Positions 29,776-40,443 of a DNA stretch of 64,000 nt are shown piece by piece. The stretch is from Longimicrobiales bacterium. GTDB lineage: Bacteria; Gemmatimonadota; Gemmatimonadetes; Longimicrobiales; Gaopeijiaceae. Location of the stretch: the NCBI GenBank assembly GCA_965226375.1, contig CBDDCX010000008.1:2048001-2112000 (forward strand). The letters run 5' to 3'. Each line of letters starts with the position of its first letter. Position 1 is the stretch's first letter. The notes beneath the pieces were generated by a model, which searched no databases, had not been told where the DNA came from, and was given only the letters and a program-made list of their open reading frames with translations. The translations under genes and the position numbers were made by a program.

Positions 29776-32331
29776 TCACGAGCCCCCGGCCCCATCATCC
29801 ACAACGTTGTCTGCCCTGCTCATCTGGAACGCAGGGCTCTTCACGATGCCCAGAATGAACGACGAGATACGGTAGTCGTTCTCCTCGGCCGTCTTGGCGA
29901 TAGCCCGGACGGTCGGCTTGTCGTAGTACTCGATGCGGCGCCCCAGAGCGTAGGCCATGAGGTTCTCCGTGAACGTCCGCACCAGCGGAATCGGCCGCTC
30001 GAGCAGCGCCTGCCGGAGATCCTCTGGGCTCGCTACCGGGGTCCCGTCGTACAGCTCACCCCGCGTGTCCAGCGGCATCCCGTTTTCCCGAATGCGCCAC
30101 TTGCCGGTGACGTCGAAGTTATCCAACGCCAGGCCGATGGGATCCATGAACTTGTGGCAAGAGCTACACACCGGGTTCGAGCGGTGCATCTCCATTCGCT
30201 CTCGGGTGGTGAGCATTCTACCGTCCTGTGACTCCTTGGTTTGGTCCAGATCAGGGACACCGGGGGGCGGTGGGGGCGGCGGCGTGCCCAGAAGCACCTC
30301 CATCACCCACTTGCCTCGCAGGACCGGAGACGTTCGGCTGGCGTGCGACGTGAGCGTCAACACACTCGCATGGCCCAGCAGGCCTCTACGCCCATCGTCG
30401 GCAAGCTCCACGCGTCGGAAGGCGGTGCCCACGACCGCAGGAATCCCATAATGCCGGGCAAGACGCTCGTTCACGTATGTGTAGTCGGCGGTGAAGAGGT
30501 CGAAGACGCTGCGGTCCTCCCGGACCAGGCTGTTGAAGAACAGCTCGGTCTCTCGTGTCATCGCCCATTTGAGCTGCTGGTCGAAATCGGGATACAGCCG
30601 GACGTCCGGGTGAATCTTCTCGAGATCCTGTAGACGGAGCCACTGGCCCGCGAACCGGGTGCCCAAAGCCTCGGCGCGCGGATCGGCCAGCATCCTGCGG
30701 ACCTGCTCCTCGAGCCGTCCCGGTTCCGAGAGATCGCCCCCGGCAGCCACCGCCATCAACTCTTCGTCGGGCGGCATGCCCCAAAGGAAGAACGACACGC
30801 GCGACGCAAGATCTTCGTCGCTGATGCGGTAGTCCTGGCCGGGTGCCGCATCGACCGCCGGCTCCTCGAAGCGGAATACGAAGTGCGGACTCGCGAGAAT
30901 CGCCTCGAGCGCCATGCCGATGCCAGCCTCGAAGCCGCCCTCCGCCGATCCGACACGGTAGAACGACATCAGGTCGTCGATGTTGTCTTGGGTCAGCGGC
31001 CTACGGTACGCCTGGGCGCCCAGCCGTTCGACAATCTCCTCGGCACACATAGCCTCTTCGACCGGTGACGTGGGACGGCAAGAGAAGATCTTGCTTCGGC
31101 TCGGCGTCTCAGACACGCCCGTGGGGTTGTGCGGACCATTGATAGCCATGTCCCGTAGGTGCGGAAGGCTCGTGAACCCATATGCATCCGCGATGCTCGT
31201 GCTGGCGAGTGACCACTCGTGAGGAGACACCAGGTCCTGCAGAGGCCCCTCGAACCGCTTGATGAATGCGGCAGTAACGCGGTGAGGGCCCGCCCTGACC
31301 GGAATCGCACCGGTCCGCAGATTCACGCCGTCCGGGTCCGATCGGTGCATCCAGCGGTCAATCTCCATGAGCGCAACGCGCTCACCATCGACTGAGATCT
31401 CGATCTGCTCCGGACTCTCGGCCGTATGGAGAGCAGCCCTGCCACTGCCGTATAGGGCTCCCGTCGTCTCGTGGTGGAACGAGACCCGGAACAGGTATTC
31501 ACCATCCGCCGGAAAGTTGTGCACGACCGAGATGCCACCGCGGGTCCCACGCGGAGCCCCCTCGACACGCTCCGTCTGGGAGTTCCAGCGTGAAACCTTG
31601 AACGTGGCCTCGCTCGCGGACGCGTGGGGATTACCCAGAGCCATGCGGCTGATGTCGCTCGCCGCGGACAGAAAAGCGTTCATGAGCGTGGGTGAGAGCA
31701 GCTGGACGTCGGCGATGTTGTCGAAGTTGGCGCTCTTGGTATCGAGCGGGAGATACGCTCCTGCGTCCACCTCGAGCCCGAGCAGATCCTCGATGGAAGC
31801 CGCGTACTCTGCACGATTCAGCCTCTGAAAGGTGCGATGACCCGGGTTGGGGGCCGCAGCCGCGGCCTCGTCGATGAGCCTCTCCAGGGTCTCGACCAAG
31901 GCCAACAGTGTGTCGGGACTCGGCCGCGGGGCCCCGGGAATCGGCATCATTCCGGCCCGGAGTTTCACGATCATCTTCTCGGCGGTCGCGGCCATCTCAG
32001 GCGCGGCCGCCACGTCGAAGTCCGAGAGTGTGAGGTTACCGGTCAGCATGACGTCGTTGTGGCAGACCACGCAGTACTGCTTCACCACAGCCGTAAGCGA
32101 GTCGGCGGGGATCTCTGGGCGGGAGCCCTCCGCCCGGACGGAGAAACTGCTCGGGGCCGGGCCCCGCACCGCCGGACTCGCATAAGCGGCCAGGTACTGT
32201 TGGACCGCCGAGTCGAGGACGCCGCCCGATGAGACATCGCTCGACAGGACCTGCGACCGCACCGCGCCGGGGCAGACGATACCGACTGACGCGACGAGGA
32301 TCAGAGCACCGAACACGCTGAGTCTCTTCAT
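29776..32331 (-). CDS. DUF1592-family diheme protein (cassette 1)
   Basis: Signal peptide from MKRLSV; CVVCH and CSSCH. Confidence 0.9.
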   Translation of the reverse strand: MKRLSVFGALILVASVGIVCPGAVRSQVLSSDVSSGGVLDSAVQQYLAAYASPAVRGPAPSSFSVRAEGSRPEIPADSLTAVVKQYCVVCHNDVMLTGNLTLSDFDVAAAPEMAATAEKMIVKLRAGMMPIPGAPRPSPDTLLALVETLERLIDEAAAAAPNPGHRTFQRLNRAEYAASIEDLLGLEVDAGAYLPLDTKSANFDNIADVQLLSPTLMNAFLSAASDISRMALGNPHASASEATFKVSRWNSQTERVEGAPRGTRGGISVVHNFPADGEYLFRVSFHHETTGALYGSGRAALHTAESPEQIEISVDGERVALMEIDRWMHRSDPDGVNLRTGAIPVRAGPHRVTAAFIKRFEGPLQDLVSPHEWSLASTSIADAYGFTSLPHLRDMAINGPHNPTGVSETPSRSKIFSCRPTSPVEEAMCAEEIVERLGAQAYRRPLTQDNIDDLMSFYRVGSAEGGFEAGIGMALEAILASPHFVFRFEEPAVDAAPGQDYRISDEDLASRVSFFLWGMPPDEELMAVAAGGDLSEPGRLEEQVRRMLADPRAEALGTRFAGQWLRLQDLEKIHPDVRLYPDFDQQLKWAMTRETELFFNSLVREDRSVFDLFTADYTYVNERLARHYGIPAVVGTAFRRVELADDGRRGLLGHASVLTLTSHASRTSPVLRGKWVMEVLLGTPPPPPPPGVPDLDQTKESQDGRMLTTRERMEMHRSNPVCSSCHKFMDPIGLALDNFDVTGKWRIRENGMPLDTRGELYDGTPVASPEDLRQALLERPIPLVRTFTENLMAYALGRRIEYYDKPTVRAIAKTAEENDYRISSFILGIVKSPAFQMSRADNVVDDGAGGS

Positions 32332-32434
32332 TTCTCGGCCTCCCGACAGGCACCGGAGGCGACCTGCTTCCCCCGAGACCTCTCGAACCCTTGCGACCAC
32401 GACCATCACGCGGACTGGATCGGTGATATGGCTT

Positions 32435-33337
32435 CTAATTCCCCGATCCGTGCATGGCCGCGTGAATGGCGTTCACCGTGACGTTTGTCCGGAACTCCAT
32501 CAATTTACGGCCCACCTCCAGCGCCTGATTGATCGGAGCGATGCTGAGGCCGTTGATCGTGGCCTCGCCCGCCGCCACACGCTGATGGTACCGAACCGCC
32601 TCCGGCGACGTCACCATCATCAATGACGTGATATAGAAATCATCGTGGTGCCCGTCATTTACGGTCTCCACGTAGCCCAGCTCCTCCTCCATGTACTTCC
32701 CGACGTCGTTGTAGTTGTAGTACTCGGGAATGAAGTAGGCCGTGGCTCCGTTACCGCCCCAACTCTTGTTCAACGCCTTGGCAGCAGCCTCCATTCCGCG
32801 CTGGTTCCCACCGCTGTCTCCGATCAGGATGACGTCGGTGAAGCCTTGACTCTTCAGGCTGTTTCCGACGTCCTCGAGCACCATGCGGAAGGTCTCTTGC
32901 CGCAGGCTCAGGGTGCCCGGATACGAGATATTCTCCGGGTCTCCTTCGGGAACCAGCTTGAGAACCGGGGTGCAGAGGGCGTTGCCCAGCCTCCTGGCAA
33001 TCTGGTCGCAGGCGCCCTGGAGCACATAGTTGTGCTTGCCGTTGGCCAGATAGGGCCCGTTCTGCTCGACGCCTCCCGTCGGGATGATCGCGGTCGTCTT
33101 TCCCGAGGCGATCTCGTCACGGACCTCGATCCAAGTCAACTCGTCGATCCACACAGAGTTGAGAGCCTCGATCGGGTTCGGCATCTGCATCATTTCCTGA
33201 CGTGCGCGCTCACGCTCCGCCTGACGACGAGCCTGCTGCTCGGGACTCAGTTCACCCCTGGTCTGGACCGCAGCGGCCGGAGCCGAGAATCCAATGGCCA
33301 AAACGACCGCCACGACGGTGGTAAGTGCCTGCTTCAT
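32435..33337 (-). CDS. Creatininase-family amidohydrolase, secreted
   Basis: Signal peptide; ELTWIEV, PTGGVEQNGPYL, IGDSGGN, GHHD. Confidence 0.85.
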   Translation of the reverse strand: MKQALTTVVAVVLAIGFSAPAAAVQTRGELSPEQQARRQAERERARQEMMQMPNPIEALNSVWIDELTWIEVRDEIASGKTTAIIPTGGVEQNGPYLANGKHNYVLQGACDQIARRLGNALCTPVLKLVPEGDPENISYPGTLSLRQETFRMVLEDVGNSLKSQGFTDVILIGDSGGNQRGMEAAAKALNKSWGGNGATAYFIPEYYNYNDVGKYMEEELGYVETVNDGHHDDFYITSLMMVTSPEAVRYHQRVAAGEATINGLSIAPINQALEVGRKLMEFRTNVTVNAIHAAMHGSGN

Positions 33338-33678
33338 GCTGCCCCCTCTTGTCCCAAAAGAACGAACGACGGGTCCACACGCCGGGAACCGGGGCCCACG
33401 ACACAACGTGACCACCGACGCTCGACGTTTCAGTCTGACAAATTAGCGATCGAGAACCGCCACCGCTAACAGTTCTTGTTATTCTCGACAGACGGCCTTG
33501 GATGCCCCTTGGGAGATACGGCTTGGACGCCCATCCCATGATGCGTGAGACAAGACCGAACCGCCGGCTCTCGGCTGGCGCCCCGAGAAGGCGGCACCCA
33601 TGATCGGGGGGCTGCGAAACAGGCTCGGGAACAAGGGCCTCGCGGTCGTATTGGAACGCACACCGTTGGAGGCAAGCG

Positions 33679-35172
33679 ATGAGATCGCTCGGCAGACTAC
33701 ACCGCTGGATCCCGGTTAGCGGCCTATGGGCGGTCTCGTGCGTGGCAGGAGGCGGCTGTGCGGCTCCGGACCGCACCGAATCGTCCGACAGCCCGATCAC
33801 TGGGCAGGCAGAAGCAGCCACGCCGGCCGCCACTCTCGGCGACTACTTCGATGCCGCCGAGTATGCCCAGCGTCGGACCCGTTTGGCCGCAGAGACCGAC
33901 GCCGGTGTCGTGCTGCTCTTCGGGTCCAAAGATCCTATGGACGCTTGGGATGAGCGCCGGTTCGATCCGTACTTCCGCCTACGAGAGTTCAAGCAGACCG
34001 AATCCGTCATCTATCTGACGGGAGTCGAAGAGGCCAGCGCAGTAGTGCTGCTCGAGGGGGATGGAGGCGTCTCGGTGCTCCTCCCGGACGAGGCCGACAG
34101 CGAGGAGGTTCGGGAGCGCCTCTTGGAGCTCGGGATCGATGACGTGCAACCACTCTCGAGCCTGGAGGACAGGCTGACGAGCGCGGTCGAGGGCGGTCTG
34201 CCGCTCTTCATGATGCAGCGAGAGCGCTCCGAGGGCGGGGTCGGGTTCGGCACCGGGGAGAACTTCTCCGACCTGCTGCCCAGCCTGGCCGCCGGGACAA
34301 TGCCCGAAGATCTGGTGGCGGACCGTATCCGGGCCCGCTTCCGCGGCACGGAAGTGCTCAACCTGTTGCCCGCCCTACGCCGCACCTGGAAGGCCAAGTC
34401 TCCGGCCGAGATGCGACTCATGCGCGATGTCGCCCAGATCTCGGTGGGCGGCCTCATTGAAGGCCTGCGCCACGTCCGCCCGGGGGTAGCCGATCGAGAA
34501 GTAGCCGGCCGCATCGAGGGCGAGATGCGGCGGCGTGGCGCCCAGCGACTGGCTTACGCCGCGAACATCCAGTCGGGTCCGAACCTCCAGAAAAGCTTCG
34601 TGGCCCTGTTTCGCGACTACGATGGAGGCAACCGGATCATGCAGGCCGGTGAAATCGTGCTCGTGGATCACTCGGCCGAGTTCAACTACCACATCTCGGA
34701 CATCGCGCGGACGGTGCCGGTCAGTGGCACGTTCTCGCCCGAGTATCGTGCGCTCTACGAACTGTATCTCGTGGCGTACTGGGCGGCCCTGGACGCCATT
34801 CGTCCCGGCAACACCTGGATCGAGGTCGGGAACGCCGCCTCGGCCGCGGTCGCCGATCAGCTCGACGCGATAGAGGACGAGTGGCTCCGAGATGCGGCAA
34901 ACACCTTCGTGCGCCGATACGGTGCGGACAGCGGCGGGCCCGGACACTTCCTAGGCACGAACATCTCGATCCACAACGATCGCACATCTCCGCTGGTCCC
35001 CGGTCAGATCATGGCATTCGAGATGGTGTTATCGGCTCCGGAACGGGGCCTGCGTGTGACTCTGGAGGATGTGGTCGCCGTCACTGCGGACGGCCATGAT
35101 GTCCTGTCCGCGGGATTGCCTACCACGGTGGCAGAGGTAGAGGCCACGGTGGGTGCAGCGTATAGAGACTGA
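33679..35172 (+). CDS. Xaa-Pro aminopeptidase (M24B), probably exported
   Basis: KSPAEMRLMR, VDHSAE, SDIARTVPVSG, GHFLG, LEDVV. Confidence 0.85.
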   Translation: MRSLGRLHRWIPVSGLWAVSCVAGGGCAAPDRTESSDSPITGQAEAATPAATLGDYFDAAEYAQRRTRLAAETDAGVVLLFGSKDPMDAWDERRFDPYFRLREFKQTESVIYLTGVEEASAVVLLEGDGGVSVLLPDEADSEEVRERLLELGIDDVQPLSSLEDRLTSAVEGGLPLFMMQRERSEGGVGFGTGENFSDLLPSLAAGTMPEDLVADRIRARFRGTEVLNLLPALRRTWKAKSPAEMRLMRDVAQISVGGLIEGLRHVRPGVADREVAGRIEGEMRRRGAQRLAYAANIQSGPNLQKSFVALFRDYDGGNRIMQAGEIVLVDHSAEFNYHISDIARTVPVSGTFSPEYRALYELYLVAYWAALDAIRPGNTWIEVGNAASAAVADQLDAIEDEWLRDAANTFVRRYGADSGGPGHFLGTNISIHNDRTSPLVPGQIMAFEMVLSAPERGLRVTLEDVVAVTADGHDVLSAGLPTTVAEVEATVGAAYRD

Positions 35173-35382
35173 GCGCCGGCGTCGACGCGGTCCGTCCGCG
35201 CCAGCGGCCGCTGCGCTCTCCCTCGGGTTGACCGGGTTGGGGACGGGAGAACGTCGAGCTTGCCCAGTGGGCCGCCACGCGCCCATCATGCACTCGATTG
35301 CGCCAACATCCTCCGGAACGGATACCCGGAGAATCAGCCCTCGGCTGTGTGGCTAGGGGTCAACAAAATTTTGGGGTACGTG

Positions 35383-36942
35383 ATGCACAACGACGGATCG
35401 CACGAGCGATTTAATCCTTCCAATCTGACCAGACGCCAGGTTTTGCAACGGTTTGGCATGGTCGGCACTTCGTCCCTCATGATGGGCGCCATGGGCGCTT
35501 GGGACCTGATGGGGCAGCCCGCGGGTCCACGCCCGCGCCTCGCCCGGACGGACGCGGATGCGAAGGTCATCGTGCTCGGTGGTGGGCTGGCCGGATTGGT
35601 GGTCGGTTACGAGCTTGGCAAGCTGGGTTACGACATCCGCATCCTCGAAGCACGCGACCGCGTCGGCGGCTTGATCTGGAGTATCAAGCGGGGTTATGGC
35701 CATACCGAACTCGACGGTGGGGAGACCCAGGAGTGCCAATTCGACGAGGGGCAGTACATCAACGGAGGTGCCTGGCGCATTCCCAATGCCCACGAGGGAG
35801 TCCTCGGGTACTGCCGTGAACTGAACGTCCCTGTCGAAGTCTTCTTGAATACCAGCGACGCCAACTACATGTGGGAGGAAGACCGGGAGCGCGGTGCTCT
35901 CGCCGGCAAGAAGGTTCGCCTGCGTGAGGTCAAAGCCGACCTGTGGGGGTCCACGAACGAGTTGCTCGCCAAGGCATTGGACCAGGGTGAGATCGACGTC
36001 GCCCTCTCGGACGAGGACAAGGAGAAGCTGATCGAGTTCCTGGTGAACTCCGGGTATCTCGACTCAGCGGACTACGTCTACAAGCCGCCCGCACAGCGCG
36101 GCAACGAAGAACGCTACGACCTGAGTGCTCTGCTGCAATCCGGATTCGGAAACCAGGTGCGGTCGCTCGTCCGATCGACCGGTGGAGGCGCGCCGGTCTT
36201 CCAGGCGGTCGGCGGTATGCAGGAGATCCCGGATGCCTTGGCGCGCGCTGTGGGTGACACCCTCAGCATGGGCTCAGCCGTGCAGAGCGTGACCCAAACT
36301 GAAGATGGCGTTCGTGTGGTTTACAAGGATACCCGCACCGGCGAGGAGCGGGAGGAATCAGGCGACTACTGCGTCTGCTGTCTGCCGATGTCCATCCTTC
36401 AGAGGATCGAGGTGAACCTTTCGCCTGAAACGGCAGCCATCGTGGGGGACATCTCCCACAGTGGCAGCGCCAAGGTGGGGCTCCAGATGGCGCGGCGGTT
36501 CTGGGAGGAGGACGACGGGATCTACGGCGGACACATTTACGGCCGCAGTCTCCAGCTCGGCGAGTTCTCGTACCCGTCCAACGGATACTTCACCCAGAAG
36601 GGCGTCCTTCTCGGCTTCTACGGCAACGGGAATACAGGGGACATGGACATGAAGCCTCTGGCCGGGCGGATCGAACACGTCCTGACTCAGTCCAGTAAGA
36701 TCCATCCTCAGATGCGGGAAGAACTCGAGCACGCATACTGCATCTGGTGGGACAAGATCGAGTACAGCCGTGGCGCCTACGGCCGACGCGCGGAGGAGGA
36801 GGACATGGCCCAACTCCACAAGGGTGATGGCCGAATCTACTTCGGATCCGCTGGCGCCGGAGATCAACCGGCCTGGATGGAGGGCGCGATCGAGTCCGCG
36901 TGGCGCTGCGTCGAGAGCGTGCACGCGAGGGCGTCGGCTTAG
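35383..36942 (+). CDS. Flavin monoamine/L-amino-acid oxidase with Tat signal
   Basis: LTRRQVL; VLGGGLAGL, EARDRVGG, WMEGAIES. Confidence 0.88.
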   Translation: MHNDGSHERFNPSNLTRRQVLQRFGMVGTSSLMMGAMGAWDLMGQPAGPRPRLARTDADAKVIVLGGGLAGLVVGYELGKLGYDIRILEARDRVGGLIWSIKRGYGHTELDGGETQECQFDEGQYINGGAWRIPNAHEGVLGYCRELNVPVEVFLNTSDANYMWEEDRERGALAGKKVRLREVKADLWGSTNELLAKALDQGEIDVALSDEDKEKLIEFLVNSGYLDSADYVYKPPAQRGNEERYDLSALLQSGFGNQVRSLVRSTGGGAPVFQAVGGMQEIPDALARAVGDTLSMGSAVQSVTQTEDGVRVVYKDTRTGEEREESGDYCVCCLPMSILQRIEVNLSPETAAIVGDISHSGSAKVGLQMARRFWEEDDGIYGGHIYGRSLQLGEFSYPSNGYFTQKGVLLGFYGNGNTGDMDMKPLAGRIEHVLTQSSKIHPQMREELEHAYCIWWDKIEYSRGAYGRRAEEEDMAQLHKGDGRIYFGSAGAGDQPAWMEGAIESAWRCVESVHARASA

Positions 36943-36976
36943 GATCGCAGCAGAGACACTCAGGACGGATAACATT

Positions 36977-37007
36977 AGGGGGACGCCTCGACGGGGGGGC
37001 GTCCCTT
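36977..37007 (+). terminator. GC-rich hairpin after the oxidase gene
   Basis: GGGACGCC...GGCGTCCC stem, weak U tract. Confidence 0.4.
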
Positions 37008-37077
37008 CCTCACATTCACGGAGCGGTTCGCCGGAACGCCCGGGTCCGCCTCTGAACGACTGAGAGAGTAGCGACGC

Positions 37078-38715
37078 ATGAAGCACGTTCTTCTTGTCCT
37101 GGCCCTTCTGACCACCTCGGGCGCCGGTCCCGGACCGACCGACACCTACCCCAAGAACCCGAACATCGACGCGCTCAACTACGCGTTCCGGCTCACATTG
37201 AGTGACGCCACCGATGAGATCGTAGGGGAAGCGACGATCGACATCCGCTTTCTGGCGGCGGGACTCACGCGGGTGCGATTGGATCTGATCAGTCAGGGAA
37301 GCGACGGGCGGGGAATGGCCGTGAGCGAGGTCACCTCGAGCGACGGCGACGTGACCTTCACCCACGAGAACGACGTGCTGTTCATCACGCTACCGGAGGC
37401 CACACGGGCGAACCAACGCAGCCGGTACACGGTCCACTACCGGGGCATTCCGGCCAGTGGACTCGAGATCGGGCCCAACAAACACGGGGACCGGACCTTC
37501 TTCAGCGACGACTGGCCCAACAAGGCCCGCAACTGGCTACCCACGATCGATCACCCTTACGACAAGGCGACCAGCGAGATGATCGTCACGGCCCCCGACC
37601 ACTACCAGGTGGTCTCCAACGGGCTGAAGATCGAGGAGACCGCACTGCCCGACGGCATGCTCCTCACGCACTGGAAACAGTCGGTACCGATCGCTACGTG
37701 GCTGTACAACCTCGGAGTGGCACGCTTCGCCGTACAGCACGTCGACGACTACATGGGCAAAGCCATTCAGACCTGGGTCTATTATCAGGATCGGGACGCG
37801 GGCTTCTACGACTTCGCCGTCCCCACCAAGCAGGTACTGGAGTTCTACGGAGACTGGGTGGGTCCGTATTCCTACGAGAAACTCGCCAACATCCAGTCGA
37901 ACAGCGTGGGCGGAGGAATGGAGGCGGCGAGCTCGATCTTCTACGGAGACAGGTCGGTCACGGGCGAACGCACGACCCGCTGGCAGAACGTCATCATCCA
38001 CGAGATCGCGCATCAGTGGTTCGGCAACGCGGTTACAGAGTATGACTGGGACGACGTCTGGCTCAGCGAAGGCTTCGCGACCTACTTCACACTCCTGTTT
38101 CGGGAGCACCAGTACGGACGAGACGACTTCGTGGAAGGGTTGAAGGCGAGCCGTGATCGAGTGCGGGCCTACTACGAGGAGAACCCCGACTATCGGATCG
38201 TCCATGACAACCTGGACGACATGAGCAGAGTCACCAGCTCCCAGACCTACCAGAAGGGCGGCTGGACGCTGCACATGCTGCGGGGGATCATCGGGGAGGA
38301 GGCCTTCTGGAGCGGCATCCGCGCCTACTACCGCACGTACCGGGACAAGAACGCCTCGACTGATGACTTCCGCCGAGCCATGGAAGAGGCCTCCGGAAGA
38401 GACCTATCCGGTTTCTTCCACCAGTGGCTCTACCAGGGAGGCGCGCTCGAGTACGAGGGGAGTTGGACGTACGACTCCGGGTCAGGCACCATCGAGGTAG
38501 AGCTGACTCAGGTCCAGGATGACGGCTACTCCTTCAAGATGCCCGTCTCGTTGGGCATCTACGCTCCCGATGGGAGTGAGGTCGGAACAGAGCTGCTCCA
38601 GGTGAACGAAAGGACCAACCGATTCACGATCTCCGTGGACGGGGAACCCGGGTCGGTCGTGCTCGACCCCGACACATGGGTGTTGATGGACGCTGACTTC
38701 GTGCGGAGGAACTGA
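37078..38715 (+). CDS. M1 family zinc aminopeptidase, secreted
   Basis: Signal peptide; GGMEA, HEIAHQWFGN...WLSEGFATY, YQKG. Confidence 0.93.
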   Translation: MKHVLLVLALLTTSGAGPGPTDTYPKNPNIDALNYAFRLTLSDATDEIVGEATIDIRFLAAGLTRVRLDLISQGSDGRGMAVSEVTSSDGDVTFTHENDVLFITLPEATRANQRSRYTVHYRGIPASGLEIGPNKHGDRTFFSDDWPNKARNWLPTIDHPYDKATSEMIVTAPDHYQVVSNGLKIEETALPDGMLLTHWKQSVPIATWLYNLGVARFAVQHVDDYMGKAIQTWVYYQDRDAGFYDFAVPTKQVLEFYGDWVGPYSYEKLANIQSNSVGGGMEAASSIFYGDRSVTGERTTRWQNVIIHEIAHQWFGNAVTEYDWDDVWLSEGFATYFTLLFREHQYGRDDFVEGLKASRDRVRAYYEENPDYRIVHDNLDDMSRVTSSQTYQKGGWTLHMLRGIIGEEAFWSGIRAYYRTYRDKNASTDDFRRAMEEASGRDLSGFFHQWLYQGGALEYEGSWTYDSGSGTIEVELTQVQDDGYSFKMPVSLGIYAPDGSEVGTELLQVNERTNRFTISVDGEPGSVVLDPDTWVLMDADFVRRN

Positions 38716-38717
38716 TC

Positions 38718-40094
38718 ATGAGACAGACCCTACTACTTCTCGCGGCAGCGCTCGCGATCGCATCGCCTCTCCAGGGCCAACGTGCCTTCGAGCCGCCGGA
38801 CAAGGCGCTCCACAGCCAGCGTCGTGCCAACTTCCGCGACGCGATGGACGGTGGAATCGCCCTCGTCGTCGCGGCCATCGAGAACCAGAATAAGATCTAC
38901 GAAGGCTTCGTGGATCACTCTGATCTGCATGACTTCATCTACCTAACGGGGCTCGAAGCGGACGACGCCTTTGGATCGGCGCTCGTCCTCGCACCCGACG
39001 CTGAGACCTACCGGGAGATCCTCTACACCTCCCAGGACCTAGAGGGGATGGCGGACCTGACCGGCATCGAGCACGTCTACCCGTACGAGCTGTTGACCGA
39101 GCATCTCTCCGATGCCATCACGGATTTCTCGCTCCTTAGGACCCACCAGCGAGGCAGCAAGGATCTCGCAAGCGATCTCTCACGGTCCCTCGGAGACGAC
39201 AAGAACATCTACTTCAACTACCAACGATTCCTGAACCTGGACGAAACGCCGCCCGAGCGACTCGACCTGGCCAATCGGCTTCGTTACTTCTCGCCCGAGG
39301 TCCAGATGAAGGACGCATCGGACATCCTCAACCGCCTTCGCATGATCCACGACGAGGCCTCGATCGCGATGCTCCGCAAGGCGTCCGATATCACGGTCCA
39401 GGCGTTCATGGAGTCGGCCAAGTCCGTCCGCGAGGAGATGACCACCCAGCAGATCGGAGCCATCGTAAACTTCACGTTCGAGTATGAACACGCGGCCCCG
39501 TCCTTCCGCACGGGCGTCTCGCCGTCCGGCCCGGGCGTCGTTCCGAGAAGCGGCGGCCGTGACTGGCCGATCGGAGTTCGCCGCAGACTCGGCCCGTGGC
39601 ACGTGAGTGACGGTCAAATGCTCAGCTACGACATCGGTGCCGAGTACGCACACTTCACGGCGGACTTCGGGCGCACCATCCCGGTCAGCGGCACGTACAC
39701 ACCGGAACAGCGGCGCATCGCCGAGGTCGTGACACGCGTACAAAAACAATTGATCGCTGCCGTGAAACCCGGGGGGACGTTCGCCGGCAGCCAGGCCCTC
39801 AAGGACCGGCTCATGTCAGAGGTCGGACTCCGTGACGTAACCAACACCTACGGCATCAGTCACTTCGTCGGTATGGAGATCCACGACGTCGGCTTCTATG
39901 ACATCCCTTGGGAACCGGGCATGTGCTTCGTCATCGAGTGGAGCGTAAGCCACGAGGATTGGTCGATTCGCTTCGAGGACGTGATCCTGGTTACTGAGGA
40001 CGGGCACGAGTGGCTAACGGGGCACTCACCCATCGAGCCCGACGAGATTGAGGCTCTCATGGCCCAGCAGGGTGTTTGGGAGGGTGGGCGGTAG
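38718..40094 (+). CDS. Xaa-Pro aminopeptidase (M24), secreted
   Basis: Signal peptide; YDIGAEY, ADFGRT, SHFVGMEIHDVG, RFEDVILVT. Confidence 0.9.
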   Translation: MRQTLLLLAAALAIASPLQGQRAFEPPDKALHSQRRANFRDAMDGGIALVVAAIENQNKIYEGFVDHSDLHDFIYLTGLEADDAFGSALVLAPDAETYREILYTSQDLEGMADLTGIEHVYPYELLTEHLSDAITDFSLLRTHQRGSKDLASDLSRSLGDDKNIYFNYQRFLNLDETPPERLDLANRLRYFSPEVQMKDASDILNRLRMIHDEASIAMLRKASDITVQAFMESAKSVREEMTTQQIGAIVNFTFEYEHAAPSFRTGVSPSGPGVVPRSGGRDWPIGVRRRLGPWHVSDGQMLSYDIGAEYAHFTADFGRTIPVSGTYTPEQRRIAEVVTRVQKQLIAAVKPGGTFAGSQALKDRLMSEVGLRDVTNTYGISHFVGMEIHDVGFYDIPWEPGMCFVIEWSVSHEDWSIRFEDVILVTEDGHEWLTGHSPIEPDEIEALMAQQGVWEGGR

Positions 40095-40127
40095 AACCGC
40101 TACTCGGGAGACGTGCGGGCCTTCCGA

Positions 40128-40436
40128 CTACGGGGAGTACGAGGCGTACGACTGCGCCCAATTCGCTACCACTAGTACCAAAGTCGTCAGGCAGCCGACC
40201 GCCCACAGCGAGAAGCGACCGAGTCGGGTCAACCGTCCACTCCGCATGAAGAGACGCGGAAGAGCGATCGAGAAACAACCTACATAGGTTCCCATCGCGT
40301 GCGCGCCGAACGGCAATCGCCTGGTCCCTTCAGTCGACTTCAGCCATGTGTACATCAGGTCGCCGAAGGCCGGCTCGAAGATCCGTTCGCGTATCTCGCG
40401 CGGTAGCAGGCGGCCGAGTAGGCGCCATCGCTCCAC
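40128..40436 (-). CDS. Small membrane protein coupled to the PadR gene
   Basis: LLGRLLPREIRERIFEPAFGDL N-terminus, C-terminal TM; immediately downstream of the PadR gene. Confidence 0.6.
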   Translation of the reverse strand: MERWRLLGRLLPREIRERIFEPAFGDLMYTWLKSTEGTRRLPFGAHAMGTYVGCFSIALPRLFMRSGRLTRLGRFSLWAVGCLTTLVLVVANWAQSYASYSP

Positions 40437-40443
40437 ACCACCT

